DNA of 64,000 bases, from NCBI GenBank assembly GCA_964106915.2, contig OZ066915.1; one strand, written 5' to 3'. This document shows positions 12,903-26,517 of the stretch, piece after piece. The translations under genes and the position numbers were made by a program. How positions within the stretch are numbered: position 1 is the stretch's first letter; every line of letters starts with the position of its first letter. A model generated the notes under the pieces. It saw only the letters and a list, made by a program, of their open reading frames with translations, was not told the DNA's origin and ran no database searches. This DNA is from Podarcis gaigeae. Lineage: Eukaryota.

Positions 12903-14723
12903 TGCTCTGAGCAGCCAAGACCCCTGCAGCCTAGTTCTTATGCCATACAGGAAGAAGAACCTGACCACATCTCTTGCAAGGGTACCGAAGAGCGCACTGC
13001 TTCTCAGGGTCAGGCTAGGGTTGCTCCAGTGCTAAGAATAGCATGAGCAGCAGTGCTATTTACTTTTGTCGCCCAGAAAGGCCCCTTGAATATTCTGAAG
13101 TCACTATTCTGGAATGGGATTCAATCACACAGTGTTAAATTGAGGTCATGCAGATTGTGCAGCAAACCTGCTTTTGGGGGGGGGGTCAGACTTTTTGCAG
13201 CAAGGAAGATGACAAGAAAATGCAACGGAAAGTGTGGAGTGACACTTGCTTTGGTGCAACGTCATCTGGCGTCCCAGCAACCAAATAGGGATGCATGTTC
13301 AGTAAACCGTTCATCTGGAAGTGCCCTCAGTGCTTGTTCTTCTCTGCCTTTGACCTCAAGAAATCTTTACTGTGAATCACATTGAGACGGTTGTTTAGAA
13401 GGTGATTCATAAATCAGTGGTGGTGGTGATAGTCATAATCACAATAATTAATACAAGAGAAATTGCTTCCTCGCCATCAGGCTCCTTCTGCACCCCCAGG
13501 GTATAGCACTAGACATTTAACTGAAGCTTCAGAGCTGGGCCATAGTCAGGACTGAAAATATTGCTGTAGGGAGGATGGCTGGTAGAGAAACTAGCCTCTG
13601 TAGGCAGCAGAGCCAGAGGAACAAGAATACAAAAGAGAAAAGGTTGTATCTTATTGTGTAAAAATATTTTAAAATGAAGTGAATGGGTTCCCCCTCCTGC
13701 GAGATTTTTGTTTCCCATTCTTACGGTGTGTTTTTTGTTAATACAGAAACCCTCTTGAAGCTGGCGTGGCATTGCCAGATTGTGATGTGGAGAGCCCTCC
13801 TTTATTTTGGATTTGCTTCAGAATTGGAAGACTAGGGCAGTAACCCCTTTATCTCTGCTGTCGAGCCCCCTATCTTTCTGCAGGGTGGTACATATGGATG
13901 GAGCAGAAATGTGATGCCATTCGCATTTGCACCACCTGATTTGCACTTTTTGGGGGGGGGCGGGGAATCGCTCTTCTCTGAATTTTGCAATGCATTTCCC
14001 CAACCAAGTGATGTGTACAAAACAGATGTACTAGGGTATAAAGATGCACAAAAATGCAAAGATAACAAACAAAAATGTGCTGTGTTCAGAAAAAAAATTG
14101 CTTCACCAAAATGTGTATATCGGGAGAAAGTGGCACTAAAATGCTGATGAATTTTCAAAAGGGCTTTATTTTTTTTAAAAAAAGAAAATCAGAAACTGAT
14201 GTGGAAATGTGCAGAGCTGAACTTAAGATTGGAAAATGAGAGAATGAGAAATGGGCACATTCTCCTATCCCTCGTGGCACCTGTGGGCAGGTGAGAGAAG
14301 CGGATAACAGCACCATGGGAGGGAGGAGTAGAATTCAGCAACACATTTCAAAAGTTAAAAGGAGAATCTCCAGGTTGCAACCTGGCAAGTAAGGACATTT
14401 CTCTGTGTTAAAAATAAAACAAAGGAATAGAGAGCAGCCATGTTTTAAAAGGCAGGGAAAGCAATTACCAGGGAAGAATGTTTAGCACAGTGGTGGGGAA
14501 TCTCCAGATGTTTCTGGACTAGTTTTAAAATGAAATATTATATTTAACATATATTGAGTATGAAGAAACTTAGGATGAGTGATAAACTATGTGTGGATAA
14601 GGCTGTTACCCGTCATTTTCCACCTAACCTTTTTTGACAAATGATTACCTAAACATTCAATTTATAAATTTACTCCATCTGTAAATACTTAAATTTTATA
14701 TGAATAAGTTCTCTAGCATTTTC

Positions 14724-14768
<45 letters not shown>
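14724..14768. repeat. (TAA)n microsatellite
   Basis: Direct reading. Confidence 0.95.
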
Positions 14769-14770
<2 letters not shown>

Positions 14771-16324
14771 TTATACAATCTGGCTAATATTTAGTTGTTT
14801 ATCAGGTTTACTTTCCATTACTTTGTATGCCAAATCCTAGCTATTGCAATGATGTGTAATGCCTGATTTTGATGTTCTGGTCTTATGCAAGTCTTTTAAA
14901 TAATTCCATAGGCACAAAGGGGGTGGGGACTTCATATTTGAAGGTCTTGGTGACAACAGCATTACTATTTGCCATATCTGAAGGGCCAAGAGTTTCCCAG
15001 CCCTGGTTTAAAATGTAAAATGGAAGAGGGGAGAAGGTTAAGGAGCCTACCCCCCCCCCCAATGTTTGTTTGTTTGTTGCAAACTGCTTCAAACTGGAGT
15101 CTCCACAGCATGGGCATCCACAAGGGGGAGGGGAAAATTTGCCCCACTGAATAACCCACAGATTCCCAGCTTTAAAAAGCCCACATGGTAAATTTTAAAC
15201 ATACTTAGAACCTGAGATATGAAGCAAAATGGGCAGATGATTGCCCAGTTTCAGCTAACCAGTTCTGCTAGTAGAAGCCCATGTAAGGACTTATGTTAGT
15301 ACAACTGGGCTTTCCCCCCCTCTCCCCATCCTGCACCCCCAAATTGGCTTAGGGGGGAGTGGGAGAAACTACAGAACAGCACATGAGGGGAGGGGAGGTT
15401 GTTCCATTAGCCAAGCAAAAATGTTTGTGTTGACAGAGCAATCTCCCTAGTGCTACATCAAATTATCCCCACCATTCTTCCAATTATTTGGAGGAATTAA
15501 CCTGTTCCTTGCATTCAGTGGAAAAATTCTTGCCAGTGCCCATTTGCACTGGTGGGATAGAGTTAAGGAGCCTCTCCCTCCCCCCCCCCCCACCCACAGA
15601 AGGGCCTCTACAGCCACATTTTCCAAAAAAATTAATTGTTTGCACTTTGTGAACACCCACGCACAGACACTGTCATGGAGAACACTACACATAGCCAATG
15701 AACATCCCATGCATCTTGACACTAAGCCCGAGGAGATGAAGAGCACCTGTAGGCTCACTCTTGATTTGCCCTTTCAAGGCTGCTTGCTATCCCCCTTGTT
15801 CATTTGAAAGCCAAACTGTTTTCTGAGCCCAGCGAGCTTTCCACAAAACAACTGCGTCATCCCCATTCCATGCCTCTTAAGACAAGGTTCATTGACCAAC
15901 AAACCTTCTCTCATCGCTTACATTTGGAGAGGGGAAGCAGAGAGGGAGAAAGAGTAGGTGGGAAAAATCCATTTGGTTCCTGTCCCTAAAGGAGAATTCC
16001 TCTCTCATGGCTTTTTTGTAAATAGTTTTATCTTGAATGATCATCAAGTGACTCTTTGTGCTCTCGACACTGGGCTCATTAATCGACCCTCTGCGTTATC
16101 GGTTTTCCTCTCTGATCAGTTCTCAAGATTTATATGCTGCCTGTTTTGGTGCAAGAGAGATTTATTTCTCTCCTTCAAATCTGGAGGTGCTGTGGCTTTT
16201 CTGACCCAGATGATGTGGCAGAAGACTTAAAACTGAAACAGCAGTGGGGGTTGTGGCTAGAAAATAGAGAAGCAGCCGGACTAGAGAATGGGAAACTGCG
16301 AAGCTTGTAGCACGTAGCAGAGAT

Positions 16325-16490
16325 ATAGGCTGCAAACACACAGTGCATTAAAGCACATTACTTTCCCACAGGATCCTGGGACCTGCCGTGTGTTAAGGGT
16401 CCTGGGGATTGTAGCTCTGGGAGGGGTAAACAAGACCTCCCAGGAGTCTTTGGGGAAAACCATGTGCTTTAAATGAATGGTTTGTATGCA
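16325..16490. mobile_element. Palindromic non-autonomous repeat; related copies at ~4215-4405, 30580-30720, 51095-51300
   Basis: Shared cattaaagcac...gaatcctgggaactgtag...gtagctct...gtgctttaaatg inverted structure. Confidence 0.55.
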
Positions 16491-17679
16491 GCCATATTCA
16501 AGCTGACCTTTTTGGCTACAACATCCAGACTAGTTTTTTTATAATGGGGGTATTTTCCCTAGTCCTCCATTCCTACCACCCACTATTTCATCTTGCCTGG
16601 TGAAGACTTTCAGAGCTGCTGTTTTGTGACAGTTTGGTGTGTCCTAATGCAGGCCTTGCCCAGCTGTAGGTTTTGATGTCCGGGAAAGGATGGCTTTGGT
16701 TCAGAGAGTCTGGGAGAAGGAAGAGAGTCAGAAAGAGTGTTGGGACATGATGAAGGATGGAGACAGAAAGCTGCTGAGGGTTGGCTCGTTTTAATGCCTG
16801 AGGAAGATCATTTAAATTGAATGCACACACCCACTCATTCACACAGGGCACAAACTGCCGGACACTTTTTCTGCGCAAATCCCACTGGACTGCACAAGAG
16901 CATGGCAGGAGAGTGTGTTTCTGCCAAACGGAGGGCACAGAATGATCAAGTTGCAGACAGTTGGCCAAAGAGGTCAAAAGTTCACAGTGCGAAGCTCAGG
17001 GAATTGTTGGAAGAAAAACAGGAAAAGATAACTCTATTCATATTCTGTGCTTCTCTTGAAGAATTTAGCAACCAATCCTGGAACAAAGTTTCTTCCTCAC
17101 TGAAGCTTAAGGGAAGCATTTTGTTCAGTGTCTCCCTGCCAGCGCAGGGACATTTGCCAAGCTGTTAACAGCTCGAGACATCGCACACATGTGGGAAGGG
17201 CATTAATTCAGCTCTGTGACAAACATCTTTTTCCCTGGAACACTTCTCTGTATCAGCAGTCACTTTCAAGGGAGATTGCAAGGGTGGGCATCTGTTCAAA
17301 ACACTGACCCGGCCATTTGGGCAATTGTCCAAAAGTAACTCATCTTCCATTTTTGGTTAAGATTATCCCAAAGGTTCTCTTGGATACTTCCAATTCCTAT
17401 ATGGATGTAAAAAAAAAAAGTTTAGTATGAAAAAAATTAAATGACACATGCAATCAACACTGGCGACATACTCCAGATCCCAGTTAAACCAAAGAATCAA
17501 AGGCCTTGTGTACGTCAACAGAAATAGTGGCACACCTGCCGTATAAACTGGCATGGTTGAACAGTCAATGCTAATCCTCAAAGGAACTTTAGTGCTTGAA
17601 GATCCTTTTCTTTTTATGGAGTTCTGGGGCCACTCCATGCTCCTAAACATGATTGCTATGCTCTGCCTCCACACTTGGA

Positions 17680-17830
17680 AAGAGTAATGCTTCTGAATAC
17701 TAGCTGCTGGAAACCTCAGGAGGGGACAGTGCTCTTGTGTTCAGGTCCCAGAGGCATCTGATTGGCCACTATGAGAACAGGATGATGGACTATGTGGACC
17801 ATTGGCCAGATCTAGCAGGGCTTTCTCACC
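17680..17830. mobile_element. Old LINE 3'-end/SINE fragment; related copies at ~1050-1230 (opposite strand) and 22700-22870
   Basis: Shared catctgattggccactgtgagaacaggatgctggactagatgg...tccagcaggg motif. Confidence 0.55.
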
Positions 17831-19949
17831 TTCCCATGACTCCCCCTCCGCTCCAGACATGTACACGTACGTGTGTGTGTGTGTGTGTTGGAGGGTGTCA
17901 GCTGTGAAGAGGCCATACCTGTATAATAGGGAACGGTAGTTCTTTGGGCAGGCAGACTAAGGATCTTTAACAACTTCACTCAGCTGAAAATCTGCAGAAT
18001 ATTGTAGAGGAAAGCGAAAGCAGTTAAATTGGTTTAAAGAAGCAAATTGCATTAGATTGCAGACATCCCTTCCATCATCTTCAACTCAAGTACTTTTCCT
18101 TAACTGGGTTGCAACTCAGGCGGCTGCCCTCAAGCCAATTAATGACAATCAGTCATATTTCATTGTTTAAAACCAGAGGTTATGACACTTGGAGTCAGTG
18201 TGACAACAGAACGCTAATGGACCATTTTAACCAAAAACATCACTCATCCACCCTGCAGGACCGTTGCTGCCGCAAGATACAATTACATATTATATGGATG
18301 ATAAATGACCAATTTCCATTCACTTTATTAAGTGGGGCCTTCTACCATCAAATTTGCGTCACGTCCTGACCACGCCAGTTTCAGGAAGTGTCAGTTGGTA
18401 GGCAGACGTATCGTCACTCAAGTCAATCAATTTGATTTCCTTTTGATGCAGGAGAATTCAGCCCTTAAAACTGGATACCTTCCAACAATTTATAAGCATG
18501 CCTACTCAACAACATTAAAGTCTCACATCGAACATAACTAATCTATAGAAAGCACTTTATGATAATGGAAGTAGGAACAATGTTTGTAGTATTGTAACCT
18601 AAGAAAATCCTTAATAATTGGTCTGTTGTTTTTTTAAAAGCAAACCTACTCCTCACATTTAAGTCTGTGCTTAACACCAGTGGATGCTATCAGGGATGTC
18701 TGGGGGGTGGGAAATTTTGTAAGTTTATGAAAAATTGTTTATGTAGGATCCCTAGACTAAAATTCCAAGGTTCTTTGAGGGGAAGCTGTGGCAGCTAAAC
18801 CAGTTTATATTGATGATAAATATATGGCCTCAGAGTGCATGAGGCTTTTCTGCACTTTCACAAATCTACGTTTCCCAACTTTGTCCCCTTCAACAGACTA
18901 GACAGTTGGGAAATAAGTACCCATTTAAATATAAATCAGCTAGCATGGTACCAAGTGAGGTTATATTGTTCTAGCTTGCAGTTTTAGAGGGTAGGCAAAA
19001 ATGGGATGATGACTCTAATTTTGCAATTATCAAGTTACATAAACTTCAAAATATTGCCTTTGGCTTTAGAACCACTTTTTAGCATCACTTACAGCACACC
19101 TATGAATGATTACCTAGTCATATGTTCCATTGATCTCAAAGGGGCTTACTGCCTTGTAAGTTTGTTTAGGATTACAGCTTTAATCAACACTCCTGCATTT
19201 GTAAATTTTGGTTTACTGTTCTGGGAAGGGCTCTCATTCTGAACATGAGATTACTGTGAGTTAAAGTGGGCAGGCTTACTAAGGGACAAACATCAGCAGG
19301 AGAGGGGAGGCATCAGTTGTTGAGAAAGAGGAATGTATATGTCTGAGGTCTCTGAATATTCTACCTTGCAACGGCAATGGAGCTGCCAGTAGAGAAGAGT
19401 TTCTATTATACGCCTGTCATTTCAGTAGACAGCAATGCCTCAGCAATAAGATAAAACCTGTCAACACACCAAAACTGCTTTGATCAGGAACAGAAGATGT
19501 CAAGTGCGTAACAGAAAAGATTCTGTCTCCCCCCCAAAGAAGTCAGCAGTTAGCTTGGCTCTGCACTGAAAAATAGAAGGGGAATGAAAGATAGAAAAGG
19601 TAAAACATGGGAGGAGGGCCAATATGAGAGAAAGAAGGAAAGAAAAATGTAAGTGGGAAGTTGTAGAGGTTTTTTTTGTGTGTTTTGATGTTTCACAGAC
19701 ATTAAAGTTTATTGCCAAGGTCAGCATTTCTGTTTCACGTCATATTGAGGAAGGTGGTGCATATATTGCGTTTCTGCATGCTCAAGTGGTGGAAGGGACT
19801 TATATCAGGAATAGCAGTTTGTGAAACTAGTAAGTTTCAAGTCAAAGTTGATCAAAACTCCCTTGTCTGTCTTATGAGAGCAGTGGAGAGAATGTCAGTT
19901 TCCCCCTGTGACACCGAATCACATTCAGATGTGTCACATTTACATTTGT

Positions 19950-21520
19950 TTTTTTAAAAAATATTTTTTATTAAAGATTTTCTTCGTTTACAAAAGCACA
20001 TGCATTGTCTCTTCAGGTTGTGTTTTCTACAGATCAGTTACATTTGTTGTAAGACATTGGTGTTATATGTTGTAAGACATTGGTGTTGGGGAAAAGGAAG
20101 AGGGATGGGAGAGAGGGGGTGGTAAAGCTTATGTTCTTTTACTTAGTGTATGTGTGGGGCTTTGTGTCAGCGTCACTTGAGTAGGTTCTCTTTCTATTCG
20201 CTTGTTATGTTTCCTTGGTGGTGAGAGAGGTTGGGGTGGCCTAGGGTGTGGTTGATTTGTTTGTGCGTGGGGAGGGGGTTGTTAAGTTAGCCATATTGAA
20301 TTGTTTGCTGTCGATGGGTTCGTGTTGTTGTCTTGTTGGGCTGTGTATGTGATAAAGGGGAGCCATACCGGGGTGAAGGCATCTTCTTCTACAGTGGTAC
20401 CTCGGGTTAAAAACTTTATTTGTTCTGGAGGTCTGTTCCTAATCTGAAACTGTTCTTAACCTGAGGTACCGCACAATTTCTGTTCTCATCCTGAAGCAAA
20501 GTTCTTAACCTAAGGTACTATTTCTGGGTTAGCAGAGTCTGTAACCTGAAGTGTCTGTAACCCTCGGGTACCACTGTATTTGTGTCAGTTTCAGTCTATT
20601 GGTTAGCTGTTTAAGTCTGTTTCCCATACTACTTGATACCAGGGTTCCATGTTTAATCCTGACAGGTCCCTCCATTGTCTGGCTATGATGTCTCTGTCTG
20701 CTGAGAGTAGATGGGTTATGAGATCTTTATAGTGTGAGTGGGCATTGTTATTTTGGAAAATGTTCAGTAGAGTCAATTCTGGGATGTCTTCTAGTACCTG
20801 TTTAGTTGACTGCTGTCCAGAAGAGTTGGGTTTGGGGGCATTCCCACCACATGTGCCTGTGGAGGTGCATCCTCTCCAGCATTTTAGTGAGGTTCCTAGG
20901 CGCCAGTTTCCATGGTGTTAGGTACCATCTGTAAGTGAGTTTCAGAGTGAGTTCTTTTCTTTTTGCGATATGGATTTAAAGGTAGGTTTAGACTACATTC
21001 TAGTCCATTGGGTGGAGTTAATTTTGTTGTCTAGGTCGTCCTCCCACTGTTTTTTTATTGCATCTAGGGGTTTTGTGGGGCTTGGGAGCAGTGTTTTGTA
21101 TATTGTGGATACCATCCCCTTGCCATGGCCTGCTGTTGTTATGAGATGATTTTAGAAGGTGGTCAAGGGCCTAGTGGCTGTTGATTTTACTACTGGATTG
21201 TTTAGGAAGGTGTGCAGTTGGTGGTGTGTTAGCCAGGGTATTTGGGTGTCCCCTAGTTTGTTTTGAATTTCTTGTGTCACTATGGGTTTGTTATTTTTGT
21301 AGAGGTCTGCTAGGCCATATAGGCCTTTGGCTTGCCAGGTTTTTATCTGGAGATTTTGTGCTGTGTGGTGGATAAGTGGGTGGTGAGCTAGTGGGATTAG
21401 TGGGGATGGGGTTGGGGTTGGGGACAGTTTGCCTGCTTCTTCCTCCCATGCTTTAAGCATGGTCTGTGTCTCTCCAAGTGTATCCATTGTTTTATCTCGT
21501 TTTCTAGAATGTATGGGATT
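19950..21520 (-). mobile_element. 5'-truncated L1/Tx1-type LINE (ORF2 C-terminus plus 3'UTR)
   Basis: Minus-strand translation with W...GL..LADLY, YKTLL, KQWEDDL, LKLTYRWYLTP and CWRGC-like C-terminal ORF2 segments; AATAAA and A-rich tail near 19950-19970. Confidence 0.75.
20392..20576. mobile_element. Tc1/mariner(pogo)-type MITE nested in the L1
   Basis: TIRs CAGTGGTACC...GGTACCACTG flanked by TA on both sides. Confidence 0.85.
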
Positions 21521-21735
21521 ACGTGGTGCACTTGGTTGGCGATGCAGTAGGAAATTGCTTTTCTCAGATTTCCCCCTTACAGAAAAATACAAGAATAGGA
21601 GAGATGTGAAAGAGAAGACTATAGGAGTGTATGCACAGACTAATTTTTTTGTAGCATTTAAACTGGAGAAAATCGGTAGTGTTCAATTGCTGTTCTATAT
21701 CTATGCTTTACTAACAATACAATTCTGCACACGCT

Positions 21736-22016
21736 TTGTTATTGTTATTGTTGTTTAGTCATTTAGTCATTTCCGACTCTTCATGACCCCATGGACCAGA
21801 GCACGCCAGGCACTCCTGTCTTCCACTGCCTCACGCAGTTTGGTTAAACTCATGTTTGTAGCTTCGAGAACACTGTCCAACCATCTCGTCCTCTGCCGTC
21901 CCCTTCTCCTTGTGCCCTCAATCTTTCCCAACATCGGGGTCTTTTCCAGGGAGTATTCTCTTTTCATGAGGTGGCCAAAGTATTGGAGCCTTAGCTTCAG
22001 GATCTGTCCTTCCATG
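21736..22016 (-). mobile_element. Bov-B (RTE-clade LINE) 3' fragment
   Basis: EGQILKLRLQYFGHLMKREYSLEKTPMLGKIEG...; same family as 415-760; AAC/AAT-type tail. Confidence 0.92.
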
Positions 22017-23709
22017 GAGAAGTCAGGGCACAGTTTTTGTGGTGTAATAAGACTTCATGGTATGCCAATACTGCCAGAGGTCTAAAAGTAGGCTCCACTT
22101 ATACCTGACATTTTGGCTTAGGTCTGGTGAATTACCTCTAGTTAGTATTTAGAGGATGATTTCAACTATCTAAATACAGCACTTAGCAAAGCCACAGCGG
22201 ATGCAATTATTTACAGTTGAGTTTGGGAGATGTTAGAAAACTGGATTTATATTGTGTCCTAAAAAATGTTCATTTTTCTTCTTCTTTTATGTTATTAAAA
22301 TACATAATCAAGAATAAAACAAAACCATCACAGAAAACAGCTATGAAATATTGAAGCAGAAACAAAAAGGAGGCCAAAGACACCAGTAATACATTCCAGT
22401 CTTTCAATACATTCCAGAAATTATAACAAGTCTATAAACACCATTAATATGGATATCCCTTATGCTAATTCCATCTTCTGTCCTCTTCCACAGCATCCCT
22501 CACAACGAGAATCAGCCGTCACTTTCAGGTACTCTGACCTTCCCTCAACTTAGTGCCCTCCAGATGTTTTGTACTACAACTCCCATCTGCTTTAGCCAAC
22601 ATGGCAAATGGTCAGGGATGATGGGAATTGTACTCCAAAAATATTTGGAGGTTACTAAGTTGGGCAAGGCTGAGTAGGTGGCTCTCAAAGGCAACTGGAC
22701 TTGCCCTCCATGAATCTGCCTGTCAGTGGCCCCTTGAATTTCCAGCTACAGATGAGCACAAGTGGGAGAAGACTCCTGCTTGTAGGATTTCTATAAACAT
22801 GTGGTTCGCCACTGTGTGAAGCATGATGCTGGGCTAGATCAGTGTTTGATCTGATTGAGCATGCCTCTTCTTATGTTCCCACCACACCAGAACCCATTCT
22901 CAGTATGGAGGTATGCAAGAACCTGAAGGAATGATTAAAGAGTGCAGGGTGCATAGAAGCCACTCCTAGGGGCCAAAGTACATTTGGCCCTCCCAGTAAC
23001 ATATTTGAGGTGGTGGTGGTGGGGAGTTGATGGGCATTGCCATTCAAGTGGTGTGTGCACACTGTGTCCTGTGATCAATTATGTAGGGTGGGGCTTACCT
23101 GCCTGGGGGGGGCATATTTTATTCAGAGTGTAATTAAATAAAGAAAACTAAAGAACATTTGCTAGGGGATAAAAACGGGGTAAGAAGAGAGCAAGGAGGT
23201 GCCAGTATGAACTTGCGTCCTTCAGACTGCTTGGCCATTGGTAAACTGACAATGTGTCACCTCAAATACTAAGGGAAGGGTTATTATATTTGACTGGATG
23301 CAACTCCTGAAGACAACCTCTCATTTAAGTTTAGCCTCTCCACTTTAGCTGTCTCAATCTGTCATCCGGTAACATTTTGTTTCATGTCCAATGTTAAAAA
23401 TCAGCCATTCACTAAGCTGCCACAGTGCCTAAGAGCTGACATGTCAAACATTGTGTAACTGGCAATTAACATGTCCTATTTACTTTGTTGAGGGAAACGT
23501 GTTGGAAGAAATGTTTCCCCAAGAGAATAGCTTAGTGGGAGAAGTGTGGGTTGTTACTGTGTGGTGTTGGGGCACTCAAAACCAAATTGGGCGAACTGTT
23601 GCCAGAATACAGATATAAAATGCTGACCTCGTTCTCTTAACACACCTTTTGGGAAGCAACTAACTTCCATTTTCAAATGGCTCATATGCAATGTTTTCTT
23701 TGCTTGCAG

Positions 23710-23800
23710 GCTGAAGGATCTTATGAGAAAATAAGAGTGAATTTGCTTAACTATAAAGAAGCATGCTTGAAAATGTTGCATGAGTCTGCGATCAGCCCAG
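23710..23800 (+). CDS. GLP2R: GLP2R exon 2 (AEGSYEKIRVNLLNYKEACLKMLHESAISP)
   Basis: ttgcag acceptor and gtaag donor; ECD helix with first Cys (YKEACL). Confidence 0.9.
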
Positions 23801-25512
23801 GTAAGAAAGCAACCTTCACCATCATCAACGCACAAATAATAGTTTGCGAAGCTTGTAGAAATGTGTTGTATCCAAATCAGCAGTACATGAACCTAACGTC
23901 ACTGCAAGATTTCTGCTTGTGCAGTGCAGCATTCACCCTCCCTCTTTCCCTGCAATCTATTCTAGGGGCTCCCTCAACCCTGTGAAGCAGATTTGGGGAA
24001 GGGAGAAATGAAAGTCCCATTTGCAAGTGGAAATCCTTGCATTGGTGGGATGTATTAGCTGAATACTGCCCTGTGATAGCTAAAAGATCATGCGTAGTAG
24101 GGCTTCTCACCAAAATGGATGCAAGTATAAAGAGCAAGAAATGGTCGAAATTTGGTGAGCAGGATAGGGTGAAGAATGGGTTGTATTTTATTGAATATGC
24201 TAAGACGGCATATTGCGGGATCAGAACAGCTTTTGCATCCTTTGGTGTCAAGTCACTTTCTCAGTCTCCTTCCACACCCCTGAACCACCCCTGAAAGGCC
24301 CCCATTTGGCATCTACCATCAGTTGGGTCAGGGCAATGAATGCTTCATTGGCAGTGGGGATGGGAATATTGGATATGTTGCCCTGAGAATATCCTTCTCA
24401 GGGCCTAAGGATTAAACCCTTGGTATCCTCAGTCTCTCAGAGGGAGAGGGATTTGTTATGACATGTTCTTGTTTGTTTGACAGTCAACAGTATTGTCAAA
24501 GCTGGTGCAGTGCAGACTGGGAGTGTGAGCTGGAACAGAAGTAGTTTAAATATAATCTCAAACAAGAACTTGCATAGACAAGCCACTGTTTCTTCAGCCT
24601 CAATCTTTCATTTTTAATACAGTTGTGATAATAGTACTTTTCTTCTACTACCTTAAGGTGGCTGTTTACTGAGATAATTTATGCAAATGTCTGTTTGTTG
24701 TTGTTAATATTTACTGAACTTCCTTGGGAACATCTTGTTTCATTTTCTGTCAGTCATCTTAATTCATTTCCTGCTGACATTTGGTATGAGGATGCGATCT
24801 GGCCAAGATAATAATATTTATATGTTTTCATAAAAATTACTGAGGTATTCTGTATGAATGCTATCACCATTATTTTGTTGATTATTCATTTCTAATCCTT
24901 TCAACTAACCATTTGGCCTCTTGGGAACATCTTATTATATTTGTTCTCACTCACCTACATTCATTTCCTGTTGATATATGTGGTCATGATGTAGTCAAAA
25001 TGATAATCAGCCAGCTTTGTGCTTGTTTTGGTTGCTCACTTCAGTAATTTTGATGCCTTGGTTCCATTCATGCCCCCGTCCCCAAAGTTTGATTGATAAA
25101 TGTTCTTGAGAACTTTGCTTGAAATCTAAATCACCATCTATATCTAGCTGAAATGCTTATCTAAGTAGCACAAGTAGCAGCTTAGCACAAGGGTGGCTGC
25201 TGGTATGCTTCACTGTAAGTCTTACGTTCAGTGCTCAAAGTGGCAGAAAAAGGAACGTAAGAGGGTTTCATTTCAAGTTTGGTCAGATTCTGTTATGTCT
25301 GTTGCAAAGAAGTGGAACTGCATCCCCTCCTGCTTTTGAGCCCTGCTTATGATCAAACTGTAAACTTCATTTAGAGGTATTAATTTAAATGCTACAAGAT
25401 GTGCAGAGTTATGTATCTTATCAGTGTGGCTTGGTTTGAACACACTGCATTCCTTGGTGATCAGCTGCCTGCATCCTTTAGTGAATGTTAAAAGACTCTC
25501 CCTCTCTCTCAG

Positions 25513-25617
25513 GAATATACTGCAATGGGAGTTTTGATGAATTTGTTTGCTGGCCTCATTCACCTCCAGGAATAGTCTCGGTTCCCTGCCCACATTATTT
25601 ACCATGGATAGAAAATG
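25513..25617 (+). CDS. GLP2R: GLP2R exon 3 (GIYCNGSFDEFVCWPHSPPGIVSVPCPHYLPWIEN)
   Basis: Class B ECD motif CNGxFD..CWP...CP.YLPW; AG/GT boundaries, phase 1-1. Confidence 0.95.
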
Positions 25618-26395
25618 GTAAGGCAAGACTTGGAAATATATGCACATTGCAAAGCTGTAATATATATGAAAACATTTCTCTTTCCTTCTAGAGTTCTGTA
25701 CTGGGTATCCTAGTCGTGCAAAGAAACTGCTAACTGAAACTCTTCAACACTGATGGCGTAGGGTAGCTTCTTAAAGAAATACTTGAATGGAATCTCTCCT
25801 GACACATACTCAGAAATCCAATTCTGCCACACTCCATACATAGTATGATGTATGGATTATGATGTACAGCCAAGGCAGAAACATGATTTCGCCAGCAGAC
25901 TCCTACAGTAGTAAGGAGGAGACAATATGGGGAGGCAAGGAAGCAAGCAAGCAAGCTTTAAAGGAGCCAATGAGATCACACAAGAACGAAAGAGGGAAGG
26001 TGGCCAGATTTACTTAATCCCCCTTTGGAATCTGCAGTCCTGAATTGGTTAATTATACAATATCAATGACTGCTTCTCAACCCCAAGCACAAATAATCGA
26101 AAGCATGTAAGATGGAATTAAGTGAAATACAATCTTATCCCTTGGGTTTAAGCAGTGACAGGGGCTTTAGAAACAAGGAATTAGGAGAATTTGACAGTGT
26201 TAATCCATTGATAAATATTAAGCTTTCTACAGTTACCTCCCAAATAAACAGACATTACAAAGAGCCACATACATCCAGCCAAGTCTCCATTTTCAGGGGT
26301 CTCTAGGCAAGTGATGAAAGGATGACGGCACTAAACCATGTCTGAAAAATGAAATGTGTGGCTTGACCTTTGAGCCTGCGTCTGTTTACATTTAG

Positions 26396-26517
26396 GAAGT
26401 GCAAGAAACGTATACAGAATCTGCTTGGACCAAGGGATTTGGAAAAAAGTTGAAAACTCCACTGTGATCTGGGATAACCGCACTGAATGTTCTGGGGAGA
26501 GCCACTACCAGAGAAAA
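26396..26517 (+). CDS. GLP2R: GLP2R exon 4 (GSARNVYRICLDQGIWKKVENSTVIWDNRTECSGESHYQRK)
   Basis: tttag acceptor, gtgagt donor; YRxC..G.W and EC motifs. Confidence 0.95.

Noticed and set aside
21152-21592. 146-aa minus-strand ORF
   Set aside because: Remnant of L1 ORF2 in a truncated element.
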